64,000 bases of DNA from Eledone cirrhosa (Eukaryota). The stretch lies in contig OZ024751.1 in assembly GCA_964016885.1 (NCBI GenBank), positions 36,766,001-36,830,000 on the forward strand, read 5' to 3'. Both the position numbers and the translations under genes were made by a program. Positions 45,850 through 60,460 of the stretch are shown here, in pieces. The notes under the pieces were generated by a model. The model had not been told where the DNA came from. It worked only from the letters and a program-made list of their open reading frames with translations, and did no database searches. Position 1 is the stretch's first letter. Every line of letters starts with the position of its first letter.

Positions 45850-45941
45850 ACGTATTACAAATGTTTCTCCGGCGAACAGCTCGAGGTGCGATCTGTTTGT
45901 GGTTGAACCTGACTCTGGATTCGCAAGTTCTTCAGATACGT
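45850..45941 (-). ncRNA. Type I hammerhead ribozyme, family D
   Basis: Minus strand reads ACGTAT-CTGAAGA-...-GAAAC-ATTT-GTA-ATACGT. Part of a copy of the 43888-44160 element at 45805-45968. Confidence 0.75.
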
Positions 45942-48000
45942 CTAGTGACTTCGAAGCAAATACTCTTTATATATATATGAAAAAGAAATTGAAAATGCAA
46001 TTGGAATCTAAGAAATTTTACCGGTTTCATAAGTTTCGTGATTTTCAAAAGTTAAGAAAGATGGAGAGATGTGTGGCTATGCCGTCGTGAGACTCACAGA
46101 TGCGGTGATTGTGTACTCTCAGTCGCTTAATACCTATGGAAACAGGATAAACTCCTGAATTCGTCTAACATATGAAAGTATAAAAAAACGACCGTAATAC
46201 CGATAACTGTAACTCTGTAACTGACTGGAAATTGGATGCATATGACATTAGCTACCATGATAGGTCTGAGATCCATTCTTGTCATGAGTTGTTACAGTTT
46301 TCATTCACCTCAATTATAAAACGTATCGATCTCTTCTATTGAATATGTTCTCTAACATTTACAAAAATCGTTTGTTGATATTACTCTGAAACAAAAACAA
46401 GACTATACTTATTTAATATACACCATTTCTCACGTCTGAAGATGAAAACAATGTGTGACATTGTGATAGAAATACCATTCCACAGACGAAGACAAAATAT
46501 AATTAAAGACGAATACTTAGAATACTTACATCCTATTATAGTTAACTAATTGAAATTTGATTCCCGGGTTCATGTTGAGGTTAGTTGCGCTACAACTAAC
46601 AATGAGACAAAACGAAGTAAAAAATTGTTTCACATAATAAGTAACGTGACCAGAAACGTCTTACAGCGTCCATTAAACAGCAAGTATTAGAGTTTTAGCG
46701 GAAGAATAAATAAATAGAATGTGTGACATTCGTGCTTTTTCTATACCGTGTTAGTAAAAGAAAATGGTTCCAACCGAGATTTTAAGATATTTCAAAGACT
46801 CTGTTCAATGAGAGATTATGACAAACTTACAGAATACATTCTTTACTTTCTTCGCTGTAGTATCAAAAATAATTCGACTTCGATACATAACTGTCCAGCA
46901 CGTACATTCAGTAAACTGTAAACCTCCTACTGTAGAGGTTATACGGTTTTGAATACCGGAAGTACGCTGCCCGAAAAGTGAATATACACAGCTAAATACA
47001 GGAAGTATGAAATGTCTTATTTGCATGTAAAAATTCTCCCTGAAACAGACGGGGAAGGGTGACTGAGTAACATTGATAATAGTCAAAAGGGTTCAGTTTC
47101 CAATCCCGACTTGTCCACATGAGCAGCATATTGATGTTGGTCATGACAGCACCAGATTCTGAGTTTGTAATTTAGAAATGACTAAAAATATACTACATGT
47201 CTCTGTGGGGACCATATCTGGGGAGACAATTGGAAAAAGGTTGACAGCGAGTAAAAGAGTTCGTGTAGGTCTCTGGCTATCGGAAGCAAAATAAATGGTA
47301 GGATACATCACCTTCACTATTGGCTCGGTTGTTTATGAAAGAACGGGTGACAGGATTATTTAATGCTGTGCTCAATGTCGGCCTTAAATTCTGGTAGCAT
47401 CATTTCCCAGGTGTGGAGGGGAAGCATGAAAGAATGAACAATGTGGACCCCTACTAAATGTATTGTGCTACCAGCAAATTATTATCTGCCACATGAGTAG
47501 CTCTCAGAATTTGAAAGGTTTGATGAAGGAAGTGCTGAGATCAGCTACTACTGACACCACATCACCCCCCCCCCCCCCCCACACACACACACACAACCCA
47601 GCTGCGTCGATGATATTGTAATATAATATATATGAACCCTAAACCAATCGAACTGAACGAAAGTTCAAATCTAAACGAAGGCCATTACTGTAGCAGAAGC
47701 AACAGCAACAACACAAGCAACAATAATAACAATAACAACAACACCAATAACAACATCAAAAACATTTCTGAATGAATATTATTTATTTCCCAGTAGACCT
47801 CCTCTCCCCACATCCACATTTTACTTCATATATATATATATATATATGCACACACTCCATATATATATATATGTGTGCGTATATATACACATATATATAT
47901 ATATGTGTGTGTGTCTGTATATATATACATATCATTTCATATAAGTAGGCCGAATTCACTTGCAAACCGTCAGAGATTCGATTTTACTGATTTCCAATTA

Positions 48001-48061
<61 letters not shown>

Positions 48062-48065
48062 ATAT

Positions 48066-48119
<54 letters not shown>

Positions 48120-48125
48120 ATATAT

Positions 48126-48194
<69 letters not shown>

Positions 48195-48202
48195 AGTGTG
48201 TG

Positions 48203-48233
<31 letters not shown>

Positions 48234-48389
48234 GTGTGTGTATATTTATACATATATATATATATGTGTGTGTATATATATATACATATATATATGTGCG
48301 TGTGTATATATATACATATATATATATGTGTGTGTGTATATATATACATATATATATATATGTGTGTGTGTGTGTATATTATTATATAT

Positions 48390-48423
<34 letters not shown>

Positions 48424-48780
48424 GGACTGTATATATATATATTTGAGTAAGTAGATATGATAGAGGTATGAAGAAGTAGAAAAAAAGATCATGAACGAAG
48501 CCAAAAATATCATAACTGTTAGCAAGGGCGCGGCGGGGTGATGTGTGGTGTGGGGGGATGGAGTGGGTGATATGTAGAGGAGTGGGTGACGGAGGGGAGG
48601 GGTGGTAATGTGTGGGGTGGGGCATTAGGAATGGGGGACGGGAGATATAGTGTTATCTACCGTGAAGATATACATCATGTGGTTCTCTAGGTCAAAAGTT
48701 CGTGCTGGTTAAAGAATGCACTTTGTTGTATATATGTATATATATATTATTATATTCATATATATATATATATAATTATA

Positions 48781-48826
<46 letters not shown>

Positions 48827-49091
48827 CATTCATATATATATATATATATATATATTATTATATTCATATATATATATATATATAATTATATTCATATATA
48901 TATATTATTATATTCATATATATATATATAATTATATTCATATATATATATATATAATTATATTCATATATATATATATGAATATATATAATTATATTCA
49001 TATATAATGTGTGTGTGTGTGTGTGTGTGTGTGGAATATATATGCGTGCATCTATATATATCTATATTTAGTTTATATATATATACATATA

Positions 49092-49167
<76 letters not shown>

Positions 49168-49262
49168 TAAAATAACAGATTAAAGTTTAAGCAAAGAATC
49201 GCTGCTTTCACCATTAACGGGATCTTCTGAAATTATTATTACTATATATATATATATATAGT

Positions 49263-49314
<52 letters not shown>

Positions 49315-49316
49315 GT

Positions 49317-49358
<42 letters not shown>

Positions 49359-49426
49359 TTATATATAGATATATATAGATGCACGCATATATATATTCCA
49401 CACACACATACACACATATATATATA

Positions 49427-49511
<85 letters not shown>

Positions 49512-49737
49512 TATATATCTGTATATAAGTATTTATCTGTGTATTGTATATACACAACATATGTCCTACTTATAATATGAAGTACGTAGAATATTTTTGT
49601 TGCTTTTGTTGATGTTGTTGTTGTTGGTGGTGGGGAAGAAGTGAAAGATATCTATCTATACATATAAACAGGAATTATAGAATGGAGCTTATCAATAATG
49701 ACTACATCGGTGACCACAATGATGATGATGATTATAT

Positions 49738-49876
49738 TGATGGTGATGACACCGGTAATGTTGATGGGGATGACACCGGTAATGTTGATGGGGATGACAC
49801 CGGTAATGTTGATGGGGATGACACCGGTAATGTTGATGGGGATGACACCGGTAATGTTGATGGGGATGACACCGGT
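49738..49876. repeat. 24-bp tandem repeat, about 6 copies
   Basis: Unit gatgacaccggtaatgttgatggg. Confidence 0.9.
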
Positions 49877-50027
49877 TTGCGGATGGCGGTGAGGTGGTGT
49901 AGATTATTTTGCTTCTTTATAACAGATTTACAAAATCCGTACCGGCATCCCAATCTAACCCCATACCCAGAAACAAGGGCTACCCTGTTTCCAAGCTACA
50001 CGTGATACTGCCCACACAGCTACTCGG

Positions 50028-50310
50028 TTACCCAGCTGCAGAATTACCCAGCTATCCAGCTACCCAGCTATCCAGCTATCCAGCTACTCTGCTACCCAGC
50101 TACCCAGCTACCCAGCTACCCAGCTATCCAGCTACTCTGCTACCCAGCTACCCAGCTACCCAGCAACTCATCCATGATATTACAAATCTACCCAGCTAGC
50201 CAGCAGCCCAGATACGTAGGCTACCAGGCTACACAGCTATTCGATTACACAGCTACTGGTCTACGTAGTCTAGCAGCCAACCTCCTACAGAGCTACCAGG
50301 CTACCCTGCC
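50028..50310. repeat. 9-bp degenerate tandem repeat
   Basis: Unit cagcta(c/t)c repeated with period 9. Confidence 0.85.
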
Positions 50311-50551
50311 TTAATACATCGTTAACTGCTACAAAATAATTCCCAATAATTTCGGGAGAGGAAAATAGAAAAATATAGAAAACTATAGAACATCATTATA
50401 AAATTAATTGTTTCTACTTTTGGCACAAGACCAATAATTCACCAGTACATTACTGGTACTTCATTTTATCGACCCCGTAAGGATGAAAGGTAAAGTTAAC
50501 CTAGGCGGGATTTTAACTCAGACCGTAAAGGACCGTAACTATGCTGAAAAG

Positions 50552-52573
50552 CGTGGTGTCCGACCCTCTACCGATACTGCCAATCCACCGCCCTATCGTG
50601 GTGTCCGACCCTCTACCGATACTACCAATCCACCGCCCTATCGTGGTGTCCGACCCTCTACCGATACTGCCAATCCACCGCCCTATCGTGGTGTCCGACC
50701 CTCTACCGATACTGCCAATCCACCGCCCTATCGTGGTGTCCGACCCTCTACCCATACTGCCAATCCACCGCCCTATCGTGGTGTCCGACCCTCTACCCAT
50801 ACTGCCAATCCACCGCCCTATCGTGGTGTCCGACTCTCTACCGATACTACCAATCCACCGCCCTATCGTGGTGTCCGACCCTCTACCCATACTGCCAATC
50901 CACCGCCCTATCGTGGTGTCCGACTCTCTACCGATACTGCCAATCCACCGCCCTATCGTGGTGTCCGACCCTCTACCCATACTGCCAATCCACCGCCCTA
51001 TCGTGGTGTCCGACCCTCTACCCATACTGCCAATCCACCGCCCTATCGTGGTGTCCGACTCTCTACCGATACTACCAATCCACCGCCCTATCGTGGTGTC
51101 CGACCCTCTACCCATACTGCCAATCCACCGCCCTATCGTGGTGTCCGACTCTCTACCGATACTGCCAATCCACCGCCCTATCGTGGTGTCCGACCCTCTA
51201 CCCATACTGCCAATCCACCGCCCTATCGTGGTGTCCGACTCTCTACCCATACTGCCAATCCACCGCCCTATCGTGGTGTCCGACCCTCTACCGATACTGC
51301 CAATCCACCGCCCTATCGTGGTGTCCGACCCTCTACCCATACTGCCAATCCACCGCCCTATCGTGGTGTCCGACCCTCTACCGATACTGCCAATCCACCG
51401 CCCTATCGTGGTGTCCGACTCTCTACCGATACTGCCAATCCACCGCCCTATCGTGGTGTCCGACCCTCTACCCATACTGCCAATCCACCGCCCTATCGTG
51501 GTGTCCGACCCTCTACCCATACTACCAATCCACCGCCCTATCGTGGTGTCCGACCCTCTACCGATACTACCAATCCACCGCCCTATCGTGGTGTCCGACC
51601 CTCTACCCATACTGCCAATCCACCGCCCTATCGTGGTGTCCGACTCTCTACCGATACTGCCAATCCACCGCCCTATCGTGGTGTCCGACCCTCTACCGAT
51701 ACTGCCAATCCACCGCCCTATCGTGGTGTCCGACCCTCTACCCATACTGCCAATCCACCGCCCTATCGTGGTGTCCGACTCTCTACCGATACTGCCAATC
51801 CACCGCCCTATCGTGGTGTCCGACCCTCTACCCATACTACCAATCCACCGCCCTATCGTGGTGTCCGACCCTCTACCGATACTGCCAATCCACCGCCCTA
51901 TCGTGGTGTCCGACTCTCTACCCATACTGCCAATCCACCGCCCTATCGTGGTGTCCGACCCTCTACCCATACTACCAATCCACCGCCCTATCGTGGTGTC
52001 CGACCCTCTACCCATACTGCCAATCCACCGCCCTATCGTGGTGTCCGACTCTCTACCGATACTACCAATCCACCGCCCTATCGTGGTGTCCGACCCTCTA
52101 CCGATACTGCCAATCCACCGCCCTATCGTGGTGTCCGACCCTCTACCCATACTACCAATCCACCGCCCTATCGTGGTGTCCGACCCTCTACCGATACTGC
52201 CAATCCACCGCCCTATCGTGGTGTCCGACCCTCTACCCATACTACCAATCCACCGCCCTATCGTGGTGTCCGACCCTCTACCGATACTGCCAATCCACCG
52301 CCCTATCGTGGTGTCCGACCCTCTACCCATACTACCAATCCACCGCCCTATCGTGGTGTCCGACCCTCTACCCATACTGCCAATCCACCGCCCTATCGTG
52401 GTGTCCGACTCTCTACCCATACTACCAATCCACCGCCCTATCGTGGTGTCCGACCCTCTACCCATACTGCCAATCCACCGCCCTATCGTGGTGTCCGACC
52501 CTCTACCCATACTGCCAATCCACCGCCCTATCGTGGTGTCCGACTCTCTACCCATACTGCCAATCCACCGCCC
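50552..52573. repeat. 45-bp minisatellite, about 45 copies, derived from the SINE 5' head
   Basis: Unit tcgtggtgtccgac(c/t)ctctacc(g/c)atact(g/a)ccaatccaccgcccta; continuous with the minus-strand SINE starting at 50405. Confidence 0.95.
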
Positions 52574-53481
52574 TTCACCGCCAATGCACCGCCATTTAAT
52601 TATAAAAATAATAATTATAAAAATAATAAATGCAAAGAATATAAAACATCTATTTGATGTTAAATGGGGGGGGGGGTATGTGTGGGGATTAAAATAGGTA
52701 TGTGTGGGCATTAAAACACACGTTATATATATATACATGCTTTCATTGCATCTTTATTATGTGTGACTGTGTGTGTGTGTGACTGTGTGTGTGTGTCTGT
52801 GTGTGTGTACGTGTATGTCGTATAGACATAATTTATACATGATCAGATACAATGAGCCGTGTATTAGCATATAACTAAGACCAGTCTAGCCCTGTTTAAT
52901 ACGAGCTCAGATAACAATTTTAGTAAATAAAGGAGATGAGGTTTGTAAAATATGTGACTTTTACTGTAAAAATAAAGAAAACACAGGATTCATTGTCCGA
53001 AATATTAGGATATGTGTGTGGTTAGCATTTGTGAGTAAATTCTGTGGCAAAAACATCTGTTTTATATCTAGACCCCCCTCCCCCCACACACACACATAGA
53101 ATGGGATATATAATTGAAAGTGTTTATATAAACATATATATATAAACATATATATATATAAACATATATATATATATATATATATATGTTCGGGGGGGGG
53201 GGGGGGGGGGCTAGTATGTTACTGGTTAAGGCCGATATGACCATTATGACCATTATAATAATAATTTCTTATCCTTGACTTTCCAACAATTTTGAAATGA
53301 TGAGTTCATATGAATGAAACAGATCTAGCCCTGTAGAAGCCATTTCTATATAAAATACAGATGCCTAAACATATTGAGTACCTTTTTACCGTGGTCTTTT
53401 CCCCGAATGCCATCTGGAATCCACCCAAACTTATATATTATTATATATACATGTGTATACACACACACACACACACACACG

Positions 53482-53539
<58 letters not shown>

Positions 53540-54218
53540 ATATATATGCACACAAAATCGGGGGCGCGCACACCTACAGACAGACACACACACACATATG
53601 TAAGTGCATGTGTATACGTGGGTGTGTGTACGATTTATTCAGAGTAAGAATGGCATCGCCTATGACCTTTGCACGCCCTCCAATAATGCTGAAGTTTGTT
53701 AAGTTCAGTTTGAACGACTGTAGGTTACTGTAATGGATTTAGTAGGATCGGAGGGCATTTCTTTCTCGTGTGGTATTTTGGAATGGTGAGGCTGAGTAGG
53801 AATGTCGAGTGATGAAGAGGCCATTGACATCCAGCTGAGCTACTTATGAGGAGCTGAGGACTAGTAGGCTTCTGAAAAGTAGAAGGTTTTGAAAAAACAT
53901 ATGATAATAAAGGGAGAAAATAGTGCATCAGTCGATCTACTTTTATTCCTTTCCTGATTTCAATCATTGGAATGCGGCCATGCTGTGGTATAATCTACTA
54001 ACGGATAAAGTCTTTCAGCGTCTCCCTCCTTCATATTTTCCTGGGTAACAAATTCGAAATTATTCTGTTGGGTGAATTCATTAAACAATATCCACATGGG
54101 GTTTTTGCAAGGGACAAAAGAATCTATCAGATTAAATATGAGAACTGATTTAGACTATCTTTTTCAGTTAGCTATCTTCCGAAACGGCCGGAGCTCAGCC
54201 GTCTGGGTCCTGAACCTG

Positions 54219-54265
<47 letters not shown>

Positions 54266-54497
54266 GTGTAGTAGTCAAACATTACGCACACTTGAATGAT
54301 TATATTTATGTTCATTTCTAAACATGCGTCTTCAAAGGTCTTGTTTGTTGTGTGTGGGCGTAAGTCTTGTGTGTGATCTGGCGTCATGTGTGATACACAT
54401 ACACACACACACACACATATATATATATGTATGTATGTATGTGCATACATATTTCTAAACATACCCTGGCGAAATCACATACACATATATAGGCCCC

Positions 54498-54570
<73 letters not shown>

Positions 54571-54690
54571 GTGTGTGTGTGTGTGCGTGTGTATATATAT
54601 GTATATACATGTATGTGATTTCAAGTGACATGTATCTATGTATGTATTTGCATACATATTTATATACACATCCTCGTGAAAACACACACA

Positions 54691-54795
<105 letters not shown>

Positions 54796-57099
54796 TTCTG
54801 TGTATGTACGTATATTAGTGTATGTGTGTCTGTGTGAGAGAGTACGTATGTTTGTTTGTGTAGTGGGAGGCCATTGTTTGTATTCAGAGCTTTTGCGTGA
54901 ATCACAAAGCAGGTCATACTATTTCATCGCATATGCTAGCGATTTCTGATCGTCTTTTAGAATTCATATACATGAATATGAGATTTGACCCAGGAAATGG
55001 TGCTACCAGGAAAAGCTGCTTTGAATCAAAATGTCAAAATGTCAAAAGTGTATACTTCCGTGGTCATGTCAGAACCATACTAGTAAACCCTACTTTAGTT
55101 AGTTCAAAACCCGATGGCATCTGAAGAATAATATTCTTTTTTATTTACTTTACTAGCTTCGTCTGTTTAAATATCGCCCAGATGAATATTGACTTTCATC
55201 CTTGCGGGCTAGAGAAAATAAAGTACCAGTCATGTACTAGGATCGATTTAATCGACTTACCCTCTCTAACAAATTGAAGGACATTTGATGTTCTGAGTTC
55301 AAATCCCGCCGTGGTTAGCTTTATTTTTCATCCTTACGAGATCGATAAAATATAGTACCTGTCATGTACTGAGGTAGGTTTAATCGACTTATCCCCCTCC
55401 CCCTTGAAATCGAGGTACAAAATTATTTCCGGCATATATTTACAGCACTTGAAGTTCTGAGTTCAAATCATACCGAGGTTAACTTTACCTTTCATCCTTA
55501 CGGACTCGATAGAATAAAGTACCAGTAACGCACTGGTGTCGATTTAATCAGCTTTCCCTTTCCCTTCAAATTGCTGGCCTTGTGCACAAATTAGAAAGCA
55601 CTATATATTGACTGAGACAGATTCACCTCAACATAAACTGTATCCAATGGAATGAAAAGAAAAGGGTTTTGTTGAAAGACAAAGGAAGATTTAGTACAGT
55701 GGGTGGGATATGAACTGACGCCAAGTTAAAACCAATATTCCGATATCTTATCTAAGCTGTTATTTATAAGGATCAACTGTTTTTTACAATTGTTTCCATG
55801 TGTTTGGTATTCCCACATTTTCAAATTTTAAATCACCCAAGCGATTCGATATACATACTCATACACCTATATACACCCCTCCCCCACCACACACACACAA
55901 ACCCACACATATATATATATATATATTTATATTTACATAAATAAAATACATACGCACAAACGCTTACACACATAAACACAAACACCCGCCCCATATATAT
56001 ATATATATACATCTCTCATTGATCTCCAACGTGTATTCTATTGCTACGAGATTATAAAGCAAACATAAATTATGTTTCATTGAATTGCTACTAGAAAAGA
56101 CAGGAAGTTCGGTGCAAGATATTTCTACCTAGATATAAGGGAACAACAAGTATTATGTATATAAAATTTATAATGTGCTATAAAATAAACTTTTTCTCAA
56201 ATAGTTTGTCATATCAAATAACTTTAAAAGAAAATTCAGTTCAGTAAACTTCACCCTAAAGATTAAATACAAATAGCAGATATATAATTGTTTCGTTTTA
56301 TTTATTAAAAAGTGTCCTTGGGCGCAGTGTGGCCAACTGGTGAAGATGTACGCTTCACAATCATCAGGACCCGGGTCCAATGCCACTATGTATCATTTGG
56401 AGCAAGTGTCATTTAAACAAATATTCGGGTCAACCTGTCTTGTGGGTGTAACTCACAAGACAGGTTTGGTTGACTATCTTGTTTCCATGTGTTTGGTATT
56501 CCCAAATTTTAAATCACCCAAACGATTCAATATACACACTCATACACCCATACACACCTCCCTCTTTTCATTCCATTGGATACAGTTTATGTTGAGGTGA
56601 ATCTGTCTCAGTCAATATATAGTGCTTTCTAATAAGTTTGGTTGAGTATCTGCCCACTCTCACTGCTGAGGGTTGGGGACTATGAACAGTAGTTACACCT
56701 ATGCCCATCTATAATGATGATGTTTGTTAAGACATTTTTCCAGGTGAAAGAAAAAAAAAAGAAATGACGTCCATGGGTTCCAAATTCTCTTCCGTGTGTA
56801 ACTACATCGACATAAACTGTTTTGAAAGCTTGTCAGATGAACTTGTCAACATCATAAATCACCAAACCCACGTTCTTGTATGATCATAAGTCCAGCATCC
56901 TAACCACTAGGCTAACAGTTGTTAATTACCTGACAGTGCAGGATTTGTATTCAATAACAACACCAGTTCTACAAACATCTCTAATCAGTCATTTATTGAA
57001 GTTTTACCGGGAATAATTTTCTCTGACTTTATTTACCTAGATTCCAATTAATACACACGCAGACACACAAACACGCAGACACACAAACACGCAGACACA

Positions 57100-57188
<89 letters not shown>

Positions 57189-57318
57189 ATACATATATAT
57201 ATATATATGTGTGTGCATTCGTGTGCATTTATATAATATATATTTCTTTGTGAGAGGAATCGTAGTTATTCATGTGTAAATGCGGAGTTACACGCAAACA
57301 GAATATATATATATATAT

Positions 57319-57366
<48 letters not shown>

Positions 57367-57661
57367 TAAGTCTGCTAGGGTGATATTCATCGGATTTGAT
57401 TTAAATCGTGCCAAGGTTAGTACTAAGGTGATGAAACGAAGTCGGGAATCACTTACTTGTACCGTCTCCTCTTAGAAACTTTGGCCTAGTGCCTAGTCTC
57501 TGATAAAAGGAACACGCATACACACATCTTCACACACACACAGATAGATAGATTCATAAATAGGCATGTGTAGGCATTAAAACACACCTTATATATATAT
57601 ATACATGCTTACATATATGTATATGAATACATATATATATATATTTATATACTTTTCTACA

Positions 57662-57719
<58 letters not shown>

Positions 57720-57823
57720 TATATATATATATATATATCCATATATCGGTTTAGGGGGAGGTGTTTTTCGGCTTGCTTGCGTGATGCTATCTCAATTACC
57801 ATTTGATAAAAAAATATATATAT

Positions 57824-57864
<41 letters not shown>

Positions 57865-58776
57865 TAAATCTTAATAAATCAACAAAAAATATTAATATTA
57901 AAATAATAAAAAAATTATCAATAAATATGAAGATAAACATATCAAATCATGAAAAAAATATATAGATATATAAATATATATAAATAATATATAGATATAT
58001 AAATATATAAAAATGTTATATAGATATATAAATATATAAAAATGTTATATAGATATATAAATATATAAAAATAATATATAGATATATAAATATATATATA
58101 TAAAAATAATATATAGATATATAAATATATAAAAATACTAAAGCTAAAAAACTGAGAGTAAAAAAAAGTGCTATAGTATAATTGGACAGGAATGGTAGTG
58201 AGACGAAAGCGTGTTCGCCTGAATAATAATCAAGGTTTGTAATCATGCTGGAGTGTATTTGATAAACGATAGGAAATTAAGTTGTTTGCTGAAATAAATA
58301 TCTTTTTCATAAATCTAAAAGCCCTCAACCATCGTCACCATCATCATCCTCATCATCATGAACCTCACCATCATCATAAACATCATCAACATTGTCGCCA
58401 TTACCATCATCACTCTCATCATCAACATCAGCATCATCATCATCACAAACATCATCAACATCGTCATCATTACCATCATCACTATCATGATCACCATCAT
58501 CATCAAGAACATCACCATCATCATCATCATCATCATCAACATCGTCACCACCATCATCACTCTCATGATCCTGATCATCATCATCATCATCATCATCACC
58601 ACGTACTCTACTATACTGCTGTCTAAACTATATTTTATGACCGATATCATCACTCTATGATATATATATGTTTTAATAAGTTCTTATATCTTGAGTGTTC
58701 TATGTTATATAGTGTGTTATGTTCTATGTTGGTATTGTGTATATAGGAGTTAAGGGATAAAACCCTTGCTTCAGGA

Positions 58777-60460
58777 AGTTTCTTATCTGAAGACCTTCTG
58801 CTGTCCAGCTCTCTAGAGAGTTTCTTCTCTGAAGACCTTCTGCTGTCCAGCTCTGCTGAGAGTTTCTTCTCTGAAGACCTTCTGCTGTCTAGCTCTCCTG
58901 AGAGTTTCTTCTCTGAAGACCTTCTGCTGTCTAGCTCTCCTGAGAGTTTCTTCTCTGAAGACCTGCTGTCCAGCTCTCCTGAGAGTTTCTTCTCTGAAGA
59001 CCTTCTGCTGCCCAGCTCTGCTGAGAGTTTCTTCTCTGAAGACCTTCTGCTGTCTAGCTCTCCTGAGAGTTTCTTCTCTGAAGACCTTCTGCTGTCCAGC
59101 TCTCCTGAGAGTTTCTTCTCTGAAGACCTTCTGCTTTCCAGCTCTCCTGAGAGTTTCGTCTCTGAAGACCTTCTGCTGTCTAGCTCTCCTGAGAGTTTCT
59201 TCTCTGAAGACCTTCTGCTGTCCAGCTCTCTCGAGAGTTTCTTCTCTGAAGACCTTCTGCTGTCCAGCTCTCCTGAGAGTTTCTTCTCTGAAGACCTTCT
59301 GCTGTCCAGCTCTCCTGAGAGTTTCTTCTCTGAAGACCTTCTGCTGTCTAGCTCTCCTGAGAGTTTCTTCTCTGAAGACCTTCTGCTGTCTAGCTCTCTC
59401 GAGAGTTTCTTCTCTGAAGACCTTCTGCTGTCTAGCTCTCCTGAGAGTTTCTTCTCTGAAGACCTTCTGCTGTCTAGCTCTCTCGAGAGTTTCTTCTCTG
59501 AAGACCTTCTGCTGTCTAGCTCTCCTGAGAGTTTCTTCTCTGAAGACCTTCTGCTGTCTAGCGCTCCTGAGAGTTTCTTCTCTGAAGACCTTCTGCTGTC
59601 CAGCTCTCTCGAGAGTTTCTTCTCTGAAGACCTTCTGCTGTCTTGCTCTCCTGAGAGTTTCTTCTCTGAAGACCTTCTGCTGTCCAGCTCTCCTGAGAGT
59701 TTCTTCTCTGAAGACCTTCTGCTGTCCAGCTCTCCTGAGACTTTCTTCTCTGAAGACCTTCTGCTGTCTAGCTCTCCTGAGAGTTTCTTCTCTGAAGACC
59801 TTCTGCTGTCCAGCTCTCTCGAGAGTTTCTTCTCTGAAGACCTTCTGCTGTCTTGCTCTCCTGAGAGTTTCTTCTCTGAAGACCTTCTGCTGTCCAGCTC
59901 TCCTGAGAGTTTCTTCTCTGAAGACCTTCTGCTGTCCAGCTCTCCTGAGACTTTCTTCTCTGAAGACCTTCTGCTGTCTAGCTCTCCTGAGAGTTTCTTC
60001 TCTGAAGACCTTCTGCTGTCTAGCTCTCCTGAGAGTTTCTTCTCTGAAGACCTTCTGCTGTCTAGCTCTCTCGAGAGTTTCTTCTCTGAAGACCTTCTGC
60101 TGTCTAGCTCTCCTGAGAGTTTCTTCTCTGAAGACCTTCTGCTGTCTAGCTCTCTCGGGAGTTTCTTCTCTGAAGACCTTCTGCTGTCTAGCTCTCCTGA
60201 GAGTTTCTTCTCTGAAGACCTTCTGCTGTCTAGCGCTCCTGAGAGTTTCTTCTCTGAAGACCTTCTGCTGTCCAGCTCTCTCGAGAGTTTCTTCTCTGAA
60301 GACCTTCTGCTGTCTTGCTCTCCTGAGAGTTTCTTCTCTGAAGACCTTCTGCTGTCCAGCTCTCCTGAGAGTTTCTTCTCTGAAGACCTTCTGCTGTCCA
60401 GCTCTCCTGAGAGTTTCTTCTCTGAAGAAGTTCTGCTGTCTAGCTCTGCTGAGAGCTTCT
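58777..60460. repeat. 42-bp minisatellite, about 40 copies
   Basis: Unit gagagtttcttctctgaagaccttctgctgtc(c/t)agctctcct. Confidence 0.95.

Noticed and set aside
46430-46490. CTGAAGA...GAAA with an internal hairpin
   Set aside because: No convincing stem I, stem III or NUH site. Similar isolated core hits near 4237, 34279, 44741 and 45370 were also discarded.
50483-52738. Three 718-741 aa ORFs
   Set aside because: They arise from a stop-free 45-bp SINE-derived repeat that is open in several frames on both strands.
53725-53967. Possible RT fragment (IEIRKGIK)
   Set aside because: No QG/SP or YADD motif follows, and the start overlaps a SINE 3' end.
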